Below are positions 55,541 through 64,000 of a stretch of DNA of 64,000 nt, one piece after another; position 1 is the first letter of the stretch, and every line of letters starts with the position of its first letter. Position numbers and translations under genes: made by a program. Source of the stretch: Octopus vulgaris (Eukaryota); the NCBI GenBank assembly GCA_951406725.2, contig OX597815.1, forward strand, positions 149,482,001 to 149,546,000, in the 5' to 3' direction. The notes under the pieces are model-generated. The model was not told the DNA's origin. It made no database searches and saw nothing but the letters and a program-made list of their open reading frames with translations.

Positions 55541-55624
55541 CTGTCTATCGATAAATGTTCTAATATCGACACACTCTTGGTTTTTTAACTTATTACGCAA
55601 AAAATTCTGACATACATATACATA

Positions 55625-56203
55625 CACAGACATGGAGGAAGTAAATAGACACCTTTAATTTTCAAACTCTTTTATTTTATATTAATTGGTTGAAGGAGTG
55701 GTTTTCTTTTAGCTGCTCGTCCATAATACCTACGCTTATGCAGATATGAAACGCACGTTCTTGGACTAACATCTAGCTGTTTTGCAATGTCAGACGCCTT
55801 GGAACGGGATTTTGTTTTCCACAATTCTCTTCAAACTGTGAAGCTTCTGTTCCGAGGGCCCAAGTCGATCAGGACGAGCATCTGTTGATTCTTTTCGTTG
55901 GTGTTTTAATTGCGCTATCATTCTATTAACAGTAGCAAGAGGAATTTGACGATTTTCGGCAATTTTTCACTGGCTAAGACCAGCCTTAGATTACACGACA
56001 GTACGTCCTCTTTGAAAATCTGATACTCTGCTGAATTGTTTGTGCGTGGCATGATTACTCTTCGCAAATGTTTAATATAATAGCACCCTGGAATGAAAAA
56101 GAATAATTATATTGTAAATTCAACACCGCTGAAAACATATTAAGTTGCTTAGGTAAGAAATTTTGAAAATTAAAGATGTCTATTTACTTCCTGCACGTCT
56201 GTG
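55625..56203 (-). mobile_element. Internally deleted Tc1-like element with ~42-bp TIRs and TA TSD
   Basis: TA|cacagacatggaggaagtaaatagacacctttaattttcaaa ... tttgaaaattaaagatgtctatttacttcctgcacgtctgtg|TA. Minus strand MPRT..SDFQRGR..GLSQ*KIA..ATVNR. Confidence 0.88.
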
Positions 56204-56214
56204 TATATATATAG

Positions 56215-56370
56215 GGTGGGGGGAAATTCACAAAAAAATTACGAAGACAGGTGGTATAGACAACAACCAGTATAACGCTCAGTAAATGAAAAAGTCTTTA
56301 ACGTTTCGAGCCTACGCTCTTCCACAGAAAGAAACAAGGAGAAAAAATATATATGTGAGTAGCTAGCGGT
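56215..56370 (-). mobile_element. Short (TA)n-bounded element with a hammerhead-like variant (CUGUGGA)
   Basis: Minus strand cttt-CTGTGGA-a-gagc gtag gctc-GAAA-cgt-TA-aag at 56296-56331. Confidence 0.6.
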
Positions 56371-57185
56371 ATATATATGCGTATTGTGCCTGTGTGTGTA
56401 TGTGCTAGCATGCTTGCGTGCGCGTCTGTGTTACTTCAGAGTGCAATTGATGTGAGAAACATCTGTCCACCAAAAACGTAAACAGTGAACAGGGAATAAA
56501 ATGCAGAAGTAAAACTTATTTCGAAATCGTTTATTCTGCATATTTCACGATATTGCATATTTCTCAAAGTATCTAAAGATATTTATTAGTTATTCTTTTT
56601 AATTACAAATATTTTCTTTTTACAAGTACTCATGGACTTCTCTCAAGTACTTCAAGAAGTTGGATTTGATGTCTTTTGTTAGCAAAGTTTTTAGATATAT
56701 TTTCCATTTCAAAAGACACCATTTTTAATATTGCTATGAATTTCATTTTTTTATTCAATTCATTACATAAATAAAAATTCAGTTCTGATATTGGCGGAAA
56801 TGTAAGATGACATTTCATCATTCCTAAAAAAAATTCCAACATATAAATAATGCACTTTCATTTTTCGTTTACGTCCTGAGTTCATATTTTGTTGAGATTA
56901 ACTTTACATGTCATGCTTTCATTAGGGGGTGAGAGTGTGCAGCATAATGGTGCTTGCTTCAACTATAGTTGCTTTGCATCATATCTCTCCGAGAAAAATG
57001 GATTCAGCCTGTAACTTCTCAGAAGAAGAGCGTTTTTTTCGGAAGAAAAAAAAAACAGAAAAGAAATAGAAATAAAATGCAAATGAGAAAGAAAGATATT
57101 TTAAAATCGGTTGGTATATGTTCCAGGGTTGATGAAATAAAATATCAGTCAAGAAGGGAGTTGATATTGATTTTTCTGCGCTCAC

Positions 57186-57237
57186 CAAACATTTTCTGGT
57201 GTGGTGTCTATGTTCATTACTTGAACGTGCGGTTCTT
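57186..57237 (-). CDS. Candidate cadherin-like exon (E)EPHVQVMNIDTTPENV
   Basis: Good donor TG|gtgagc, weak GAG acceptor. Phase-compatible with 57391-57453. Resembles the cadherin V.A.D.D...N strand. Confidence 0.3.
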
Positions 57238-57255
57238 CTCAAAATAAGATACATT

Positions 57256-57312
<57 letters not shown>

Positions 57313-57390
57313 TATATGTGCATGTATGTATATGTATACGCATGTAAGTAAAATATTTTCCGTATAAAATTTTGTATAAATATATACGAC

Positions 57391-57453
57391 CTGTCTTCGT
57401 ATTTCTTTGGTTAACATTCGCAAGTATGTATTCGATATTTCTTGCTTTATTGG
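57391..57453 (-). CDS. Candidate cadherin-like exon (T)NKARNIEYILANVNQRNTKT
   Basis: Acceptor tttttcttcttggcaaccctag; phase 1 matches 59273-59360; weak donor AG|gtcgta. Confidence 0.3.
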
Positions 57454-57978
57454 CTAGGGTTGCCAAGAAGAAAAACATTTCTTTTTACACACAGCTCAAT
57501 GCAAGAATGTAGATATGTTTCTCTATATTTTTATCGTACGATTGTATCTAAAAGGTGTCATCACCTCTTTCGTCATAAAGTATTTTGTGTGAATTATATT
57601 TGCAGTGGTTATTGATTAGTTGGCTACAGCAACACATATATATCAACATAACAAGATGACAGCCACAATACAGAAGGATATAAACAACAGTCATTTTCTC
57701 ATAACAATTCATACATTATCAAAGGTATTCGAAACCAGAATCTCTTTTCTTTGTTACTATATATCAAACTGTATATTAAAGTGTAATATATCTGACCGTA
57801 AATTTAATAAAATGTTCATATTGGCTGGTTTTTAGCAGATAAATCATATAAAATATATAGAAGGCACATATCTTAGTGTTTAAACAACTAGGTTCCCGTT
57901 TGCCGGGACGAATAATTGGCTTATCAGTTTGAAAAGTCAATTATACCTAAGGGCATGGTAACTCACTTACAATATTCG

Positions 57979-58385
57979 AACTATTTGAACGAGACACTCG
58001 AGAACGAAGAAGAAAAGGGTTCCGAGTCAACATTGCTCAAGCATGGGTCATTCGATCCACAAAAGGTGCCGGATCTGTTGCCGTAGCAGTTCGAAAATTA
58101 AGATAATGCTTCTACGAGAGCGGCCGGTCTCGTATCGAAAAAGATCTCGTTAATATTCCTGAGCTCAGGCTAAGAATATGCCTTGCGGCGGCAGGGTGAT
58201 CAGTATTTCTAGCATGTCTGTCGTCGTAACCCGTAGCCGAGTAAAACAACCCTAACTCAAGCGAGTCTGGGTACATTCTTGGGGAGCCTCGCAAAGGATG
58301 CTTTCTGAGCGGCATCCGCTGTATTTTCGATGGTCCTGGGAAATCCAGCTCTGTGACGATTCGTAAATTTCGAGTCAACCAGTCG
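57979..58385 (+). pseudogene. Diverged, internally deleted 28S rRNA-derived fragment (domain III, hidden-break region)
   Basis: Collinear matches to conserved LSU blocks: tatttgaacgaga..cgaagaagaaaagggttcc..aaca..catgggtcattcgatcc; atcgaaaaagatctcgttaatattcc; gcggcatccgctg..tcgatggtcctgggaaatcc. Confidence 0.75.
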
Positions 58386-59272
58386 TGATTACGGGTTCGT
58401 GTTTCAATAGATTTGATCAGCAAGGCAATTGTCCGACCTAATAAAAAAAGTCAGAAAACACAATAGAAAAGTTATGACCAAAATATTCTGCATAATTTAG
58501 ACAAATGTAAACAGACAGATAGAAATCAGGTAGTTGGTTGGACTTCATGATGTTTGTTCTAACAAGAAGAAAAGCTTACTTAAAATACAATTTTTATGAT
58601 TCCTCTTATAAATAAGCTTTTCTTGTACTAATTGGAAGCTTGAAGGCCTCACAATGACCAGCATTTCCATAAGATGGAATAAAATGGTTACATTTCTCAT
58701 TTGTACAGAACCGATATTTCTTTGTCCCTTCTCCAAATGGACTGCAGTCTTGAAAAATCTCTGTGATGCATCAGTCATGATGTGCTTTTTCGTCGTGTTT
58801 CAGCTATACTGGAATAAAGTGCTTGGTTTCATTTAGTAAATATTGGTCTTGTGTATATTAACCCTGGTGTTTTACTTGCGATACCCTGTATTATCCAATG
58901 TTGATACTACTACTTATCACAGTAGTGTCTGTATTACAATTTTGCCATGATATGTTTGAAGATAGTTTTTCTCATTTTTCACCGGCAAACATCATTGACA
59001 AAGCCATTTCCGTAGAGACCCTCTATATGTTTTTGTAACAAAATATACGTAAGACTGTAGTAGACAATAAATCATTCAGCTGTTATAAAGTCTGTGTAGG
59101 GATAAGGATGATATTTCTAGCAAGCATTGTTTGTATTCATGTATCTATATTGTTAACCGAAGTATGATTTTTGTATTTCTCCGATCTTTCGATCTGGCAA
59201 TAACATGAATGATCTTAAACGGAACGGTCTATTTAAGAGAAAAATAAAATAAATATTTTTTTACAAACTTAC

Positions 59273-59360
59273 TGGGGAAATCTGGAGAATGCCCTGTGTC
59301 CCTGATATTCACGGGTACTTTGAGTACGATGACATATGAGGATGCTATTTCAGTGGCACA
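59273..59360 (-). CDS. Candidate cadherin-like exon CATEIASSYVIVLKVPVNIRDTGHSPDFP
   Basis: Strong acceptor ctccctcttttgccttgtcag and donor A|gtaagt. V.V.I.D....P.F resembles the cadherin repeat end (DxNDxxPxF). Confidence 0.45.
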
Positions 59361-59454
59361 CTGACAAGGCAAAAGAGGGAGTCAGTCATAGAAAGTATGG
59401 GTACATCTGATTTCTACCAGACATCAAGAAAAGTTTATTCTAACCTTTCAGAAT

Positions 59455-59670
59455 TAGTTTCAAATTTTGGAAGAAGGTTAGAAATTTTGGGAGCAGTGTT
59501 AAGTCGATTAAACAGACCCCAATGATCAACTGGTACTTATTCCATCTACCTTTAAATGATGTAAGGCAACTTCGACCTCGGTGGAATTTGAGCTCTGTAG
59601 ATAAAAGTGGACGAAATACCACTAAATATGTTTGCCCGGCGTGCTAACTAATTTGCCAGGTCACTGCCTT
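59455..59670 (-). mobile_element. SINE family B
   Basis: Reverse complement of 17443-17652. Confidence 0.75.
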
Positions 59671-59785
59671 ACTGTCGACCTTAATATTAATTAGCATTAT
59701 GACGGCGAGCTGATTAGATAGATACATACATAGACAAACGGATAGGCAGACAAATAAATAGAGAGATGAATGAATAAATAAAACA

Positions 59786-59972
<187 letters not shown>

Positions 59973-61518
59973 ATCTGGACTCACGTAATATATCACAACA
60001 ATATAATATGAAAATATTTGCTATTATGAACAATGTAACATCATGAAATACAGCGACAACGTAAAACACATGCTATATGTGACATGCGTTGAAGATGACC
60101 TTTTATGAAAAATATTTCGGCAAAATATCCGAATCCATCAAATTACCTCTTTTTTAAATCTGACATGCGACACCTAATTATATTTGTATCTATCTGTAAT
60201 AGTACACTCAAAAATAAGCACGCCCACATACCCACTTATCCTAATCACGAACACGAACGCGCATACACATACGTCATCATCACAACCATCATCATCTTCG
60301 TGTATCATAATATGACAAAGTTGCACTGACCACACACGTCGGCAGTGCTTGAGTGAAACTGGTTCTCTAAAATGAGTGAGTGAATCCTTATATTCTTCTC
60401 ATATAATAATCGGAAAGAAATTATATTTTAACGCAAGAGTGTCATGAGCAGATTCACCAACAAATCATTCTACTCACATCGTTCAATTTGACACATAAAA
60501 ACACTGTCAGATATAGATAACAATTCATACTGTCATATCTATTTCTCAAATGCAAACAGACATTTATAATGTTTTCAAATCAACTTTTCAGTTGGAACAT
60601 CTTACATGAAATATGTTTATACTTTGCAATAAAATATTACAGTGTTTTTACTTCAAGAACAATTTTCATTTAAAAGAAAGCCTAATAGGAAAGTCAAAAT
60701 AATTACTTCTTGTAAATATGACACAATCGAATTCAACTATATTTTCCTATGACATTCTTGTGTCACAATATTTATAATGATTTTTAACATTTACATTAAG
60801 CAAGACATATTATATACATGAGAGAGGTGTAATTGATTGAATTGACGTCAATATCTGACTGCAAAGCTAGGAGGAAGGAAATAAATGTCAGTTCAAGACA
60901 TTTTCTGACAAATCTGAAGAATTTAAGCCTGAAGTTGCTGAATTCTTTCAACTGAAAGTATATTTTATAATGCAAGAGTGTAATAGTTTCCTTCGACAAC
61001 AACACAATAATCAGATTTGCTTTATCAATCAGGGTGATTAAACGCAGAGTAAATTTAAATGTTTTCCAAAAGTTAGTAGGAAAAAGGACACATTTATATA
61101 AGGAAAATCATGAATTCTGTTATTCTTTGGTTACACCTCTAAAACCGAATATTTTATTGAAATATATACCTCTTTATAACAACGCACATGGATAAATTTG
61201 CCCAAATCTGTTCGAGTGGATTACATCGAAAGGAAGCTGGAGGTAATACAAACTTCGTGTAGGAGAAGGAAAACTAAGAAAAAGTAGATTTAACATTGCC
61301 AAAAGCGGAGGATGCAGATGATACTCTACTGTGTCTGCTATTACTACTGCTGTTCTTGCGACTGCCACTGCTGCTGCTGTCACTACTGCTACTGTTAATA
61401 ATAATAATTTTTTCTACTATAGATACAAAACTTGAAATTTGGGGAAGGGAGAAAGTCGATTACATCGACCCCAGTGCTCCACTGGTACTTTTATAATAAT
61501 AATAATGATAATAACAAT

Positions 61519-61549
<31 letters not shown>

Positions 61550-61587
61550 TCACCACCACCAACAACAACAACAATAACAACAACAAC

Positions 61588-61672
<85 letters not shown>

Positions 61673-61734
61673 GAAACTAACACGTGAATACATTAATAAT
61701 AATAACATAGACAGAAACATACATACATACAACC

Positions 61735-62880
61735 TGCCACTTTGAAGACGATGTGTTTGCAATCCAGAAAATATCAACCTGATGCACAAAAGTGACAGAG
61801 ATGCAGGAAAGCAGTAAAATGTGACAACTGATGCAGAAGATATCACCCACATCATAAGCAGTTGTCCGAAAATGTCATCGCGATGCTATCTACCGATGAG
61901 ACATGATGTTAGAGCTAGGATACTGTATAAAGAGATCCGTCGAAAGTATAGCACCGAAGACAAAGAAATAAAAACCCATGGTTTTTGGTGCGTCTCCAAA
62001 GTCCATCCCCTCCTCACCGTGGTGGGGACGCTGGCAACGGGTAGTGTCAGAGCTATGCCGTCAGGAACTTCGGTTTCTGGTAGGGCCACCCAAGGCGGAT
62101 TGGTCTGACACCGAGTGGGTATTAGGGCCACAACCCGGCAGACGGGGCTCTGGTGAAAATCCTCGGAGTGTCTGTTTCGGGACCGGCGGCTCCTCGGTCG
62201 TTCTGTCCCTGCGTCTTCGGACAATCTGCGGCAAACAGGATGGCTCTGCATGCGGGATTGTTGGGGACCGCTTGTGAAATCCACATATTCCCACGAAACT
62301 TCTTCCATGGTAGAAGAAGCCGACTCAACCCGCCCAGGGTGAATGTCGCCACAACTACAAGTATGGTTTTTGGTGGAAGCTATAGACATACAATGAAATG
62401 GAGTATTGGTGAAATGTCCCAGTGAAAACCTCAATAAAATGTAAACAAAATATGCCTGGTAAAAGTATTGGGACCTGGGATATGGAACACTTCCTCAATA
62501 CCAATCTTGAGAAATCAGGCTTTTCAAAGCCAGAAAGTAGAAAGCTGTTTCCAAGACTACACATTCAATCCATCACTGGAACTGTAAAAATCTGTAAAAC
62601 ATCCCAGAAGTTTACCATTTATATATGTATGTGCATGTCTAGATATGCAGGTCTATGCATGTAAATAAATGCATTAAACAACACATACAAATCTGTACGT
62701 ATACATCCATACATCCATCCATTCATACATACATACATTCATACATACATGCATACATACATACATACAAAAATATCCTGTTGTCTGTGTTGAAATACAA
62801 ATGAATGAGCCTTGGATCTAGGTTAGTGACTGGCTCTTTCTCTATTGGCAAGAAATCTTGAAATAAAACTGAATAATGAT
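61735..62880 (+). mobile_element. Dong/R4-like LINE 3' part (zinc knuckle, deleted REL domain, 3' UTR, (ACAT)n tail), interrupted at 61991
   Basis: EDITHIISSCPKMSSRCYLPMRHDV..; EYW*NVPVKTSIKCK; LHIQSITGTVKICKT. Confidence 0.8.
61991..62362 (+). mobile_element. Complete 372-bp RTE-derived bipartite non-autonomous retroposon with 13-bp TSD
   Basis: TSD atggtttttggtg at 61978-61990 and 62363-62375. 5' part gagctatgccg..tagggccacccaaggcgg resembles RTE (BovB/Rex3) 5' UTRs. Tail acaactacaagt. Confidence 0.85.
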
Positions 62881-62965
62881 GTACATACATGCGTACATAC
62901 GTTCATACATACATACATGTATGCATACACACATACATACATACATACATACATACATACATACA

Positions 62966-62999
<34 letters not shown>

Positions 63000-64000
63000 C
63001 ATACATACATACATACATACGACATTGTCATGATAAGAAATCCTTCCCGATTCCAGTGTATGCTTTTTAACGCTGGTGATACCAGAATCATTCTAGATCT
63101 ATTTTTGTCTCCGAGTTTAGGATATGAAGACAATATTCGGTGATTAATTGGCTTGTATATTTATAAAATATTTTGTAATGTCATATATTCCAGAATATAT
63201 TATAAAATATCCCGGAATAATAGCCAAATGTCTGTGCCTGTATTGTAGTTTTATTATCTCGCTTGCTCCTTCATTAATTTGTATGGATCGTTCTTGCACA
63301 CGTCCTATTGCGTTTTGCTATATATTTGCCTACCTTGAATTTCTGCGAAATTAATTTCATCTGTTTAGGAATTGGATTTCTCTGTGATCCTATTCGGTAC
63401 CTTTTCCCAGATGCATCACCCTATATATACCCCACTGTTTGAGAGATGGGCTCCCTTTCATAGCTGATGAGTTCCTCACGAGAGCATGTTCCGTCTTCGA
63501 GGAAGGTGTGTAACATCTTCCATAAACTTTTTCAAAACTTTTTAGATTTTATATTTCGAGTTCCTTTTCATTCCTTTAGAAAATTCACCACTTCATCTTA
63601 ATCCCCATAGCTGTGGGAAGTTATGTTGATGCTGCTGTAGGGATTGTGGTTTCTTTCCCGCTCATTACAGGACAAGTATCACGTAACAAAATAAGATTTG
63701 GAATAGTGATTATAGAATGAAAGTAAGAAGCATCCATCCACCCACCCATCCATCTGTCCGTCCATTCTTATCACCAAACATGTTTTAGAGGGTTTAGGGA
63801 TAGAGTCTTTATGCATCTCCTCCATAGGCTCCTCTCGGAAGCAACCGGTATTACAGAGTCTGGCTGGCTCCCCAAGCGTGACCAACTAAACTACAGATAT
63901 TATTCAATTATATGACACTTCGACTACATCTAGATCTCCTGTCTGTTACCTTGAAATTCAAGAATATGCCTTACAATCCTTTTCTGTGTTTCCTCTTCCC

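Larger units (their letters stand above)
51950..55610 (+). mobile_element. Penelope-like retroelement (Hydra-type), 5'-truncated, with inverted pLTRs (51950-52247 inverted vs 55342-55610)
   Basis: RT thumb LNLSTSQYSPYHKP..HSNH..SDLSSTEEIF..APY; ILWYTPPFS..FFRILDSNFP..HSIFNRSTLKLSYS; CNCx5CP; VIY-YIG endonuclease. Both pLTRs carry hammerhead motifs. Confidence 0.9.

Noticed and set aside
57887-57909. CTAG plus hairpin as a Helitron 3' end capturing the rRNA fragment
   Set aside because: The hairpin is only ~2 nt from CTAG and no matching 5' TC end was found.
58600-59150. Cys-rich minus-strand reading (CSPFGEGTKKYRFCTNEKC) after an in-frame TGA
   Set aside because: It is surrounded by multiple TAA/TAG stops and has no clear splice sites; likely decayed repeat or chance.
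61886-62434. 182-aa and overlapping ORFs
   Set aside because: A by-product of the GC-rich RTE-derived insertion; the ORFs cross its TSD boundaries.

Overview
AT-rich, microsatellite-saturated animal DNA. The repeat families match what I recognise from Octopus (incirrate octopod) genomes; this is an inference and was not checked against a database. There is no long intact gene, and nearly all track ORFs are microsatellite or repeat artefacts. The window is a nested mosaic of tRNA-headed SINEs, decayed Dong/R4-, RTE- and CR1-type LINE pieces, Tc1/mariner and hAT remnants, MITEs and Helitron derivatives. Main points: (1) a 5'-truncated Penelope-like element of the Hydra type (RT thumb, CxCx5C, VIY-YIG endonuclease) with inverted pseudo-LTRs. 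Around it are at least 12 minimal type-I hammerhead ribozyme motifs, several in small (TA)n-embedded foldback or tandem elements; two have fully canonical cores and others show recurrent core variants. (2) A complete 372-bp RTE-derived non-autonomous element with a 13-bp TSD and a compact, apparently pseudoknotted 5' RNA motif with a C(UUCG)G loop. (3) A ~560-bp headless (AAT)n-tailed retroposon in five copies, four sharing one 5' end. (4) A strongly diverged 28S rRNA fragment spanning the hidden-break region. (5) Small minus-strand candidate exons, some divergent cadherin-like and some resembling Tyr-motif cytoplasmic tails, suggesting a receptor-like gene or pseudogene.
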